From NCBI RefSeq assembly GCF_018350175.1, contig NC_058384.1, positions 30,380,001 to 30,444,000 of the forward strand: a stretch of DNA of 64,000 bases. Direction: 5' to 3'. The stretch is from Felis catus. Taxonomy: Eukaryota. Under the pieces are notes generated by a model, which saw only the letters and a list, made by a program, of their open reading frames with translations, searched no databases and had not been told where the DNA came from. Positions within the stretch are counted from its first letter, which is position 1; each line of letters begins with the position of its first letter. Position numbers and translations under genes: made by a program. Shown in pieces: positions 23,643-35,280 of this stretch.

Positions 23643-23999
23643 GTAAGTGCAGAATATCATCAAAATTCTTCACATAAAAGTTCACTTGTGTACTGAATGG
23701 TTTTATCCCTTTCGTTTGTGGTATGAGAAGGTTTTAAATACAGTGATGGGACAGTTTTTAACAACGTAACATGACTTCCAAAGAGTCATTTGCTAATGGT
23801 TGTTGGTATAAATAATCACTAAAATTTCAAAAAAGATCCAAAAAGTTCTACTTATCCGTCAGTTTTGAGACAGGGACTGGCAGTATATGAAGTATTTATT
23901 TAGTAACGGTTTCCTTTGACTTGAAATGTAAATCATTCTTGTAAAAATCTAGATGATGGCATTCAAAGAAATGACCTCTGGAAAGTACTAAAAGGACAT

Positions 24000-24061
24000 A
24001 GTACTAAGGAACATTTTAATTCAAGAAGGACTTAGTACAAAGGAACATTTTAATTCAAGAA
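24000..24061. repeat. Two-copy tandem duplication, period 34
   Basis: AGTAC(T/A)AAGGAACATTTTAATTCAAGAA at 24000-24027 and 24034-24061. Confidence 0.9.
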
Positions 24062-24336
24062 AAAGACTCCAATATGTAAATTAAAAAGATTTCTTTTGGG
24101 AAATACAAGTTTCAGATAGTAAGAGAGAGAGCTTCATGTATTTAAAGGCCAGGGTTTGGGGGACTGATCAAATTTGGAGACGTTAATTTGATAGTTAAAA
24201 AGAAGAAAAGGATTATGTCTTTTATTTCAAGTTTCATTAGGTTTTTAGAATTTTAAAAGCCTGTTTTTAAAGGTGAAAGCACCAGAAAGTTCATATTTGG
24301 GCTCTGTTTTAATTCACACCATGTTTTTCTTCCAAG

Positions 24337-24406
24337 GTACTTTGTTTGCAAGAAGTTCAAGAAGATCATTATGGAGCAGAAATCAGACCCAGTTTGGAAT
24401 CTTTGG
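24337..24406 (+). CDS. ANGEL2: ANGEL2 coding exon 4 (VLCLQEVQEDHYGAEIRPSLESL)
   Basis: EEP metal-binding LCLQEV motif; acceptor ttccaag, donor GTACAA; 70 nt; absent from the ORF track. Confidence 0.96.
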
Positions 24407-24814
24407 GTACAATGTAACTTTTATTTTAGCCAGATTTATTTTGGAAGATTTGCGTGCTGTGGAAGCATAACTTGCTAACAAAGATGTGTGGTATATTGGG
24501 CAAAAAAATCTTAATTTTGAAAAAACTTAATATCCATTTCAAAAAGTCAGGAAGAGATTGAGGTATTTCAAGTGGAAACTTTTGTGTTCATATAGCATTT
24601 TAATTCAAACAGAAAAGCATGTGAGAATCTCTTATTAGCTTCCTTTCCAGTAGTTGCTGTACCCACAGCTAGACCTCTCAGATTCTAAGTTCTGTATCAG
24701 ATCATTCTGTCTGGTTAGCTAATGGGTAGAAGCTAAAAACCTACTTGATAAGTGAACACTTCTAGAAACAGTGCATCTGTTTGAGAAATGCTGCCTACTT
24801 TGCATTCCTTCCTC

Positions 24815-25300
24815 GGCAAATATTTTTTGAATGCCTACTATATCCTATGCACTGTGGTGGTACAGCAGTGAGCAAATAGATAAAAAGGCTCTGTCCTTGT
24901 GGAGCCTACATTCTGGTGGAGGAAGGCTGACAACAAGTCAAATAAATACTTAAATAGCACACTAGGTAATGATAATTTTGGAGAAAAGCAGGAAAGTAGA
25001 ATGGATCAGGTTTCACTCTTAAACAATGATCAGAGAAGGTAGGTAACATTCGCGCAAAGACTTGAAGGAGGTGAAGGAACAAGCCACGCCTATAGCATTC
25101 CAGACAGCGGAAATAGCAAAGCAAAGACCCTGACGTAGGAGTGCTTCAAGGCAGGTGAGGAGGCAGGTGCGTGTTGAGTGGAACAGGGGAAGAGTTCTAG
25201 GCAAAAAGGTCAGAGATGTGCCATAGCAGGGGGTGGGGGTGGTGGTGGTAGATTATCGTAAGCCCTTATATAGTCTTTGTCACAACTTTTACTAGGATGG
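24815..25300 (-). mobile_element. L2 fragment
   Basis: 'caaatattttttgaatgcctactatatcctatgcactgtggtgg...ctctgtccttgtggagcctacattctggtgg'. Confidence 0.7.
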
Positions 25301-25528
25301 AAATGACAGCGTGATGATGCACATTAACATATTGGAGACTAAAGTCTGCAAGTGAAGAGACCCATTCCTAGGACCTAGACCCAGTCCCAAACTTAACATC
25401 CTACGTTGTTAATGTTTTGCAGGATATACTTTGATAAACGTTGTTCAAAGATGTCAGGAGAGCTGTGTTTTGGCATATGTATGTTTATAGTGGTAGTCCC
25501 TTGTGTTAAATTTATGCCTTTCTTATAG

Positions 25529-25950
25529 GTTATCACTGTGAATACAAGATGCGGACAGGAAGGAAACCCGACGGCTGTGCCATTTGCTTCAAACATTCCA
25601 AGTTTTCACTCTTATCAGTGAACCCAGTGGAATTCTACCGCCGTGATGTCCCTCTGTTGGACAGAGACAACGTTGGATTAGTGTTACTCCTGCAGCCCAA
25701 ACTTCCACGTGCTGCCTCTCCTGTGATCTGTGTAGCTAACACACATCTCTTGTATAATCCAAGGCGAGGGGATATTAAGCTGACCCAACTGGCGATGCTT
25801 CTGGCAGAGATTTCCAGTGTTGCCCATCAGAAAGACGGCAGCTTCTGCCCTATCGTCATGTGCGGTGACTTTAATTCTGTTCCTGGTTCTCCACTCTATA
25901 GTTTTATAAAGGAAGGAAAATTGAATTACGAAGGACTCGCCATCGGAAAG
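25529..25950 (+). CDS. ANGEL2: ANGEL2 coding exon 5 (YHCEYKMRTGRKPDGCAI...VANTHL...CGDFNS...AIGK)
   Basis: EEP motifs NTHL and GDFNS; acceptor ttatag, donor GTAAGT; 422 nt. Confidence 0.98.
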
Positions 25951-26235
25951 GTAAGTGCTTGCTTCATGGTTAGTAGGAGATGGACGTAGTCTCTGTTCCT
26001 ATAGCGTGAGGATCGTTGTCATACGGCTGTTGAAAACCTCAGATGACCCAGTACCCTCACTTCACCAAGCTATGATGATTTTCCCAACTACTAACGAGTA
26101 ATTGTGTTCACTTGGTTGAATTTCAGCTTTCCCATCTATCTGTGGCAACATTCTGCTTGGAGGAATTGGCAGGCAGCAAAATATCCTAAATGGGGGAGAA
26201 GAAGAAAAAAGCATTGACAGACAGTACTTCGTAAA

Positions 26236-26347
26236 GGGGCGCTTGGCCCGCTCAGTCAGTAGAACATGTGACTCTGGATCTCAGAGTCGTGAGTTCAAAC
26301 CACGTTGCGTGCAGAGCATACTGAAAAACTAAAACTTTTAAAAAAAT
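26236..26347 (+). mobile_element. Short SINEC
   Basis: 'ggggcgcttggcccgctcagtcagtagaacatgtgactctggatctcagagtcgtgagttcaaacc'. Confidence 0.8.
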
Positions 26348-26924
26348 ACTTCATAAATAAGGAACTATTCATAAGGGGGTAGAACGGAATTTTGAATGCT
26401 GGATGTGGACAGTGTAGTTGGCAAAACAGTAATTTAATATTTCTTTAGTATGCACATCTTCCTTTTCATAATGGTAAATATTTTAATTCCTTAGCTGCCT
26501 ATATCCCATGTTTATCCCATGTTTTTTTCTTCCTTGTGCTCTCTGTTGCTTCAGATCATTTATTTCATCTTCAGGATTTTAACCAAAATAAACTCTCCAC
26601 CGCTGAGTTTTCAGTGATGGTTTAAAATTTTGTGAGAGTTGATCTCTCTAAGTATTTTATATGATAGGAGCTCTGTTGCAGGGAGCAAAAAGGGGGGTGC
26701 AGCATTAGTCTAAAGCTATAGATCATGTAGATGTCCAAATTAGAATAACGTGTGGGAAAAGATTGCCATTTTTATGTAAACAGTAACTTTTTTCTGAACT
26801 ATATTTGAATAAGATTTTGTAAAGCACAAATAATCACTTTCTATGATAAAGAAAGGGTAATATTTACCATTCTTGGATTTCCTCTTCTTATTTAAGACAT
26901 AAACTTTTCAATACATAAACTACT

Positions 26925-27112
26925 NNNNNNNNNNNNNNNNNNNNNNNNNNNNNNNNNNNNNNNNNNNNNNNNNNNNNNNNNNNNNNNNNNNNNNNNNNNN
27001 NNNNNNNNNNNNNNNNNNNNNNNNNNNNNNNNNNNNNNNNNNNNNNNNNNNNNNNNNNNNNNNNNNNNNNNNNNNNNNNNNNNNNNNNNNNNNNNNNNNN
27101 NNNNNNNNNNNN
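26925..27112 (+). CDS. ANGEL2: ANGEL2 coding exon 6, inferred to be hidden within this 188-nt N-run (exact boundaries unknown)
   Basis: Exon 5 ends in phase 0 and exon 7 starts in phase 1; the expected VSGQEQSSRGQRIL...VEKT segment (~127 nt) is not visible elsewhere in 25951-27498. Confidence 0.7.
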
Positions 27113-27498
27113 TTTGCCAGTCTCCTTGATAGTAGTGTTCCCTTTGAAGACCTAAAACTAAATTTTTCAAGGGATGCCATCTCAGGGATGAATATTCATA
27201 TATAAAAACATAATGCTTACTTGTTCAATTCTTTGTTAAAGAACTCTAAATTTACCATTTTTAAGTTGGCCTTCCAGAATTATCTGCATGAATTACTTGC
27301 ATGTTGTTTTGGAAATCAGTTTTGCTAATTATGGAGACCCTCAAAACATACAGATTCCCGGATGAAACATTTAACTAGGCATCCTGTCTAAACTAGATAT
27401 ATCTTAAATATTGTTCCTAGCGTAAGAGGACTATTCTGTGGCAAACTAGAACAAAAGAGTATATTGATAGTTTAATATATTTCTCTTTGTTCTTACAG

Positions 27499-27556
27499 AT
27501 GGTGATCTGACACAAACAGAGCTGGACAAAACAGAGGTCCTAGTGACAGCTGAAAA
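27499..27556 (+). CDS. ANGEL2: ANGEL2 coding exon 7 (DGDLTQTELDKTEVLVTAEK)
   Basis: Acceptor ttcttacag, donor GTGAGT; 58 nt; similar to recalled human DSDLTQTQLKQTEVLVTAEK. Confidence 0.93.
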
Positions 27557-27669
27557 GTGAGTTCTGAAAAGCCAACAATAGACATTTACTAACTTTAGTT
27601 GGGTAAAAAAATCATTTCTCAAAAATCTCTTTGGATAAAAAGTGAAAATTATGTTATTCCATGCTGATG

Positions 27670-27835
27670 AAGAAAACTGGCTCTTGAGTCAAATAGACCT
27701 GCGTTCCAGTCCTAACTGTGCTACATTTTAGCTGTGTAATTTTGAGCAAGAAGATTAAGATCTCTGCGATTCAGTTTCCTTACCTATAATTTGGGTAGTT
27801 GTGAGGATAGCGTGAGATAAAGCATGGAAAGCTTG
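27670..27835. mobile_element. MIR fragment
   Basis: 'gagtcaaatagacctgcgttccagtcctaactgtgctacatttttagctgtgtaattttgagcaag...tcagtttccttacctataa'. Confidence 0.7.
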
Positions 27836-28830
27836 ATGTTTGACTCTTACGAGGGGCTTAAGGCAGTGTTATTTAAAGCAAAGAGCCTGTCCCTGCACCT
27901 GGGCCAGCTAGTACTCAGAAACTGATCGCTATTACGTGCTTTAACAAAGGTCAAGATCACAGGAAAATACCATGCTTAGCCTCCTTTGACTTACTGGATC
28001 TTAACAGTTTGTAGGGGAATTGACCCAAAAAAAGGATATACCAGCATAAATAATTATATTTAAATTTTATAAATACTTTATAAAGACATTTACATCTCTT
28101 AAACTACAGGAAAGGGTTGTCAAAGGTGGAGGGGTGAAGATGCCTGGATTACCGGTTATCAAAGATGCATGAATATTTGGGGCTATGGTTGAGAAACAGA
28201 TGAATATTAATACAACAGGATGGAGATCTTATCTTATCTCTTTGGGAGATTCTTGAAATGTCTTGATTTTATATCGTAGCCCTTTTATTCGTATTTTAAT
28301 GTTTGTTTTAACATTTATAGTTAGGGACCAAATTAGAATCACCTCTTACTCATTTTATCTGCTTTCTTCTCAGTCTTACTATATCTTGTATACCTTGTTT
28401 TCAGAAAATATTCTCTCATATGTAAGAACCTAGTAAGATAGGAAGTAATAGTTTTTGAAATTTTAAAAAAGAATATTTAAAAATTCATGATTAAACCTTT
28501 CAAATATAGTAGTAAAAACTTCGCTGAGTAAGATTAATAAAAAGGCTAATCTGACTAACAAATATTTGGTTTTGAGTAATTCTAAAATGTTTTTATAACA
28601 AAATGGGGTATAAGAAAAGATACTTTTAAGTATCTGTATATAAATATAGTGTGCTTATATGCAGAGCTTATATCTATAAACCAAAAAATTGATAGAGAAC
28701 AGTTTGCAGGAGGCATATTTTACATTTAATAGTGTTGTAAATATAAGTCCTTAGACATAAAATGTTGCTAAAACTTGAAAGTAAGGGCATTTTGAAACAG
28801 TTACCTTTGTTCTTTGACATTGAGCTTTTT

Positions 28831-29033
28831 TCTTTCTTTTAATGTTTATCTTTGAGAGAGACAGAGCGCGAGCAAGGGAAGGGCAGAGAGAGAGGGAGAC
28901 ACAGAATCCGAAGCAGGCTCCAGGCTCTGAGCTATCAGCACAGAGCCCGACACAGGGCTTGAACTCAGGAACTGTGAAATCATGACCTGAGCTGAAGTTG
29001 GATGCTTAACCAGCTGAGCCACCCAGGCGCCCC
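28831..29033 (-). mobile_element. SINEC
   Basis: TSD TGACATTGAGCTTTTT on both sides; full antisense body. Confidence 0.93.
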
Positions 29034-29418
29034 TGACATTGAGCTTTTTAAAAAGCAGGGCAGCATCTTTATATGTGTATCTTAAGCACCTAAGATAGTG
29101 CTTAGAACTTAGTAGATATTTGTTAAGTTTTTGTTGAATTTTAGAAAGTTAAAAAAAAATTTTCCATGATATAAAAGACCTTTAATCTTCAAGATATGTT
29201 TATAGGAAATGATTTTTAAGCCCTTTATTTAGTATATCACATGTATGTGTAGCATGGGATAAATATAAACCATTACAGAACCTGTTTTAAGATGCAGTAC
29301 AGAATTATCTGATCTATCACAGCAAGAATAATCATAGAAAAATATGGCCCTCTGACAATGAAAGTCTGGCGGACTCTACATAACATTCATAAAGGCTACT
29401 TTTTCTTAAAAACACAAC

Positions 29419-29660
29419 AGGAGCGCCTGGGTGGCTTAGTTGGTTGAGCACCCAACTCTTGATTGTCATCTCAGGTAATGATCTCAGGGTCACGGGATCG
29501 AGCCGTGCATCAGCTCCACACTGAGCATGGATCCTGCTTAAGATTGTCTCTCTCTCCCTCTCTCCCTTCCCGCCCCCGAGCCTCTCTCCTGTCTCTCCCC
29601 CTCCTCCTTCTTCCTCTGTACCTTTCCCCCATTTGTGTGCTGTTATTAAATTAAATTAAA
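29419..29660 (+). mobile_element. SINEC (older, diverged)
   Basis: 'ggagcgcctgggtggcttagttggttgagc' head and CT tract. Confidence 0.82.
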
Positions 29661-29933
29661 TTTATAACAACAAAGAACTTATAAATTGTTTTAGAATACG
29701 TATTAGTAAGTGGGGGCTCTCAAATATGTTACAATTAATAATAAATCACGTTAGCATGTTAATTATTGAGCTTTTTCCCTCTGTGTGTCACAGCCTTGTT
29801 AATGGGTTTTGGATATCCCTACATGAATAAATGAATGTCAGATTGTGATATTGTCTCTTTTAAAAAGCTTGTCTGAATGCCTGGTTTTGTCTGGATATTA
29901 AGTGAGAAAGTGCTTTAAAAAGGAGGAATTCTA

Positions 29934-30080
29934 GGGGTGCCTGGGTGGCTCAGTCATTTGAGCCTCCGACGTCAGCTCAGGTTATGATCTCGTGGTCTGT
30001 GGATTCAAGTCCCACATCAGGCTCTGTGCTGACAGCTCAGAGCCTGGAGCCTGCTTCAGATTCTGTGTCTCCTTTCTCTG

Positions 30081-30127
<47 letters not shown>

Positions 30128-30428
30128 GCCCTTCCCTCATTCACCCTCTGTCTCTCAAAAATAAATAAACATTAAAAATAATAATAAAGGGGCGCCTGGG
30201 TGGCGTAGTCGGTTAAGCGTCCGACTTCAGCCAGGTCACGATCTCGCGGTCCGTGAGTTTGAGCCCCGCGTCAGGCTCTGGGCTGATGGCTCAGAGCCTG
30301 GAGCCTGTTTCCGATTCTGTGTCTCCCTCTCTCTCTGACCCTCCCCTGTTCATGCTCTGTCTCTCTCTGTCCCAAAATAAATAAACGTTGAAAAAAAATT
30401 TTTTTAAATAATAATAAAAATAAATAAA
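29934..30428 (+). mobile_element. SINEC with a young SINEC_Fc-type copy (30188-30405) nested in its tail
   Basis: Outer TSD AGGAGGA(A/G)TTCTA; inner TSD AAATAATAATAAA; inner copy is CpG-rich. Confidence 0.92.
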
Positions 30429-30490
30429 TAGGAGGAGTTCTAAAAATCAAAAACTTGATGGATGGTAAACACTTTTTCTTTTCATTTTAG

Positions 30491-30654
30491 ATTATCCTCA
30501 AATTTACACCACCATTTCAGCTTGTCGTCTGTTTATTCACATTATTTTCCTGACACTGGAATTCCAGAAGTGACCACTTGTCATTCCCGAAGTGCCATAA
30601 CTGTGGATTATATTTTCTATTCTGCCGAAAAGGAAGACGTTGCTGGGCAGCCAG
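30491..30654 (+). CDS. ANGEL2: ANGEL2 coding exon 8 (LSSNLHHHFSLSSVYSHY...TVDYIFYS...GQP)
   Basis: EEP motif VDYIF; acceptor cattttag, donor GTAAAG; 164 nt. Confidence 0.97.
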
Positions 30655-31606
30655 GTAAAGAATGCATGTGATCTTACATTGTGCCTGAGAATACAGTAAC
30701 TAAAACCTCAGGGCTGAGGCTGAGAGGGTCAGCTAAACATCTGGTGAAGTTCTAGACTTAAAAGTTTAAAATATTTTGAAATTGGTAATATATTTGAGTT
30801 TACCAGCTAATCCCCTGCAAAACACAGAGGCAGTGATGCACCTCAAAGCAAGTTATTGCCTACGATGTCTGTCCTGAGTGCCTCCTTCCAGTTCCAGTCA
30901 GCTTCTTGGTTTTCATTTTATTGGTTTTACTTGCCATAAGTGTACTGTTTTTCTTGTGACAACAACATCAGATAGTTTTGTAGTTAAGTTTTACTGAGAC
31001 ATGCTGCCTTCATTGGAGGACCTTGCCTATACTGCCAGCAATAGATAGTGTTGTCCTGTCGACCCTGGAATACTGGATCTTTCCAGATCGATAAGTCCAT
31101 TATGTGAATATGTGGTTTCAAAAAGCGAAGGTGATAAAACACTTTTCCTTGTATGATTCAGTGAAAGTAAGGTTTTAAATATTAACCAAATGATTTGATG
31201 TGGAGAAGAAAATGCAGTTCAAAATGACTGGCAGTCAAAAAAATACCACTCAGAAAACTTTGAAAGTCCAAAATGTGGGCAGATGTTTTGTCTTTTCTGA
31301 TTCCACACCCCCCCTTTTTTTTTTTTACTACTTTCCTTTTTTCCTTTTTTCTCCCATTTGTGTTTTCCTTCCTACTGAGGATAACTATTAGTAATACTCA
31401 GGACTTGGTTTACCTTGCCCACTAGAGCGAGTCTAGGAAATAGTCTGTCTTCCTGCTTTGAATTTGTTGTAGGGGTAGTTGTCATGCTGTAAGTGTTCAC
31501 TAGGTGGCGGAAGTGTGCCATGGACCAGCATCTCCAATGATCCTGTTAGAATACGTCCTCTTTCTCTACTGTGGGCACGGACTCTGTGGGACCAAAGTAT
31601 ACTAAT

Positions 31607-31734
31607 TTTTCTTTAATGTTTATTTTTGAGAGAGAGAGAGCATGAGCAGGGAGGGGCAGAGAGAGAATCCCAAGCAGGCTCTGTGCTGCCAGCTGTCAAC
31701 GCCACCCAACTGGCTGAGCCACCCAGGTGTCCCC
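31607..31734 (-). mobile_element. Internally deleted SINEC
   Basis: Antisense tail and head present, middle missing; imperfect TSD ...TACTAAT. Confidence 0.82.
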
Positions 31735-31911
31735 AAGGTTTACTAATGTATTCTCTCTCCAGTCACCTTATAAACTTCCTACTCCACCATGGCTGGATCT
31801 TTCTGCTTTATACAACTACAGAATAGTTGATGAATGAATTTATGTAGTTGTCAATCCCAAATTACTTCTAACATTATCTTTACACTGATACTTTTTTTAA
31901 AGATTACTTGC

Positions 31912-32345
31912 AGGAGTATCTGGCTGGCTTGGTTGGCAGAGCTTAATCGCAGGGTCATGAGTTCAAGCCCCATGTTGGGTATAGAGATTACTAAAGAAAA
32001 CAAACAGAAAAATAAGATTATTTGTAGAACTGAAAACAAAAAACTCTGAACTAGAAAAAAACAAACATCTGAAACTGCTGTGTGTCTGAGAATTATAATT
32101 AGGTTATAACTCAATATGAAATTTAATCATGCGGTGCTGGATGGCTCAGTCAGTTAAAGCATCTGACTCTTGATTTTGGCTCAGGTCATGATCCCAGGGT
32201 TGTGGGATCAAGCCTCGCATCGGGCTTTGCTCTGACAGCACTGGGCCTGCTTGAGGTTCTCTCTCTCCCTCTCCCTGCCCCTCCTCTACTCACACGTGCA
32301 CTCCCTCTCTCTCTCCCTATCAAAATGAATAAACTTCAAAAAATT
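31912..32345 (+). mobile_element. Two SINECs (short ~31912-32015; full-length ~32131-32345)
   Basis: tRNA-derived heads; TSD-like repeats AAGATTA(C/T)TTG and ATGAAATTTA(A/G)TCAT. Confidence 0.82.
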
Positions 32346-32508
32346 AAATGAAATTTAGTCATATTCTAAGAACTGTTTCCTGTTAGACTTCTAGAGGGAT
32401 CTGAAGTTCCTGATCATCATTTTTTAAAAAAATAAAGACTTGTGTGATTCATTTACAGTGACCTGTTGACACAGTTATGCTAAATATTAATGTGTTTCTT
32501 TAATGTAG

Positions 32509-32660
32509 GAGCTGAAGTTGCTCTGGTTGGTGGCTTGAAACTTCTGGCCAGACTATCACTCCTTACAGAACAAGACTTGTGGACTGTTAATGGACTTCCA
32601 AATGAAAATAACTCTTCGGATCATCTGCCTTTATTGGCTAAGTTCAGACTTGAGCTGTGA
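32509..32660 (+). CDS. ANGEL2: ANGEL2 last coding exon 9 (AEVALVGGLKLLARL...NSSDHLPLLAKFRLEL*)
   Basis: Catalytic SDHLPL motif; TGA at 32658-32660; total CDS with a 127-nt exon 6 is 1635 nt = 544 aa. Confidence 0.97.
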
Positions 32661-35280
32661 CTCTTCTTTGATGACACATATACTTTTGTGTCCGATTTGT
32701 ATTCTTTTTCACAAAGTGTAAAATAGCTCTTGAGAGTTTGCATGTTTATTTTTGCGCTGTGGAGTTTCGGAAGAGGTTCTGTTCAAGGCTTCAAACAGAT
32801 GTCGGAAGAAACAAGTTTACAACAATTTTCTTTGTAATAATGAAAAAATATTTTCCTGACCAGTGAGTTCTAAATGCTCCCTCCTTGTTGTAAAAGAGTT
32901 GTAAATATTTTTTATCCTAAATCCCAGTAAAATTGACAGTGATTTTTAAATATAGCGCATCCTCTAGTGTTAGTAAAGAATTTCAGTTGATGTTTTTGGC
33001 AAGCTTTACAGTGGATCCAAAGTATCTCTGAGTTCTTGCAAACCACAACTCATTTCCCTTCCAGAAGGCTTGATTTCATTGTGCGGACCATCTGTTTGTC
33101 AAGTCCTAATTCATCTCAGAAATCACTGGGTCGTTCACAAGTGTCCAACCAACCATTTTAGTTTGGTTTTGAGGGGGCGTAATGATGCTTTCTAAAATTG
33201 TACAAATTGCTTAATCCAGCTTATTACTATCCTGAGCCATGTAATGTGTCTACATTTTGTTGGGAAATGTAGTAGGAGAGGAGTTTTACACATGCCCTCT
33301 CTTTTCCATCCTGTGGGACAGACCATTCCAGCATGCCGGAAAGAGGCAGAGACTGGGTTTTAACGCTTTCATTTCCCTAGCAGTTTTTTTTTTCCTTTTT
33401 TCTATTCCATTTCAGGAAGACATCCCTAGGTTGGGGGAGAGACTTTATTTTTCTGAACCAGTTCTATAGAAATTTATTTTATTAGGAAGCTTGTCTTTAG
33501 AACAAAATGTCAGCTATAAGATTATTTTGGTTTTGCCTCAGATACTTAGGAAGCCCGCAAAACTAGTGGGGAGATACCAACTTGGAGACCTAATACTGGC
33601 AAGTAGTAATTTAAGCTTAGTCATTTTGTTTCTAAGATGTTAGCTACTTTTTCTTTTATCATGAGGCCACAGTGTGCATGGTGCTGACATTTTTTTTGGT
33701 AAAGTGGTTAAGAGCAGGTCTAATTAGTCTCACAGCTGGCACTATGTGAATGTTTGAATCAAAAATTTTAAAACCGAAGAAGTGAAAATGTCCCCTTTTT
33801 TGAGGCATTAGGATCAAAGAGTTATGTGCATTTTTACTAAGTAGTAATTTTATATTTGAATTACACCGAATTATAAAAGTTTCTACAATGGGCATTCTTC
33901 ATAGAATGACTCCTGTGAAATTAGAAAGCAGTAGTTCCTCCAAGTCCTGGACTTCAAAGGTTTTTGTACGAAAGTATATTGACTACAGTTATTTTTTAAG
34001 AAAATAAATCAGATGACTACCTGAACAAAGCATGTGGGTTATAAGGATTTGCCTAGTAAAAATTGTAATAAGCAATTATTTTTAAATGTTTCATTTCTCA
34101 CTTTTTTGGGTTTTTACTTACAGTATTACCTGTAGTTCTAAGATTTTCCACATTTTCTAGTAACAGTTTGCAGAATATTCAGTGTTCTAATTAGCAGATA
34201 TTGTTGCCGTCAAATAATAATAGTGTAACTAAATCCCTTTTAATATTGGGGAAAGAAAAAAGAAAATTCATTAAGTACTGCTTTGTGTTACATGAGTTTA
34301 TTAACAAATAATTTTATGTATAGGTCATTGTTGGCAAACTAACATCCCTGAAAACCTCTGTGAAAACTTAATGTTTTATATCCTGATTAATATATTGACT
34401 TTAGGCCCTTTTCATGTGCTTCACTTTGTAGAGTTAATCCATAAAAATGCTTTCTACTTTAACCTATAAAGTGTAGTAGTGTTTTGTGAACTGGAGGCCA
34501 AAGCGTCCATGTAATAATCTTCCCACAGGTTTTTAAAGCTCCACTAAAATTAATTATCTACTTGTCTTTACTTTTTACGGTCAGAAGAATCGGAAACTCT
34601 GTTGGAACCTTGTACTTACCTGCCAAAAGCATTTAAACCCGGTTCATTGCGGAAGCCAGATCCCCCCCCAGTCTGAAGTGCTGTACTATCCAAGTTTTAA
34701 AATGGAAAGAGATGCTGTTGAGTAATGAATTTTGGTTTTACTATACCTTTTGATATCGACATACTATGCATGTTTGAAATCTTGTCTTTTTTTCTTTTTC
34801 TTTTTTTTTTTTTTTTTGGAATTTAGCAGCTGTCTGCTTTTAACCCTTTGCTTTCCTAAAAACCCAAGTTAGAGATCCAGAGAGTTCAAGGGGTTGAACG
34901 AACAGAGAAGTCAAGTCATTTGCACTGTGTCCCTGTGAATCACCTAATAAATTACTACACTAGTGCATCTATGGCTGAAGGTTTTGTGGCAGGCGTGCTA
35001 AGCTGCATATGCTGGGCTGTTGCCCTTTCTGAACTATTTCATTACCCTGAGCCTGTATTACTTAGGGTGATGCTGAGATGTAAGTGGATTAAGATGTGGC
35101 AAAACAGAATAGTGTTTAATAAAGAGTCTGAAAATTGTGGAAGAAGACAGGGATGAGAGAGTGATAAACACGTTTGCCAGGACAAGTATGTAGTCAAAGG
35201 ACAAGAAAAAAAATAAATCACACCATCTTACATTCTTGGAAGAAGAATAATCCTTCAGTTTCCAGGATGGTTTTATTAAA
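32661..35280 (+). other. ANGEL2: ANGEL2 3'UTR region (true end uncertain); candidate poly(A) signals AATAAA 34003-34008, 35118-35123, 35212-35217 and ATTAAA 35275-35280
   Basis: U-rich, repeat-free sequence after the stop codon; hexamers read directly. Confidence 0.55.

Noticed and set aside
26236-26347. tRNA-like A/B boxes in short elements
   Set aside because: These are tRNA-derived SINE heads with tails and TSDs, not intact cloverleaf tRNA genes
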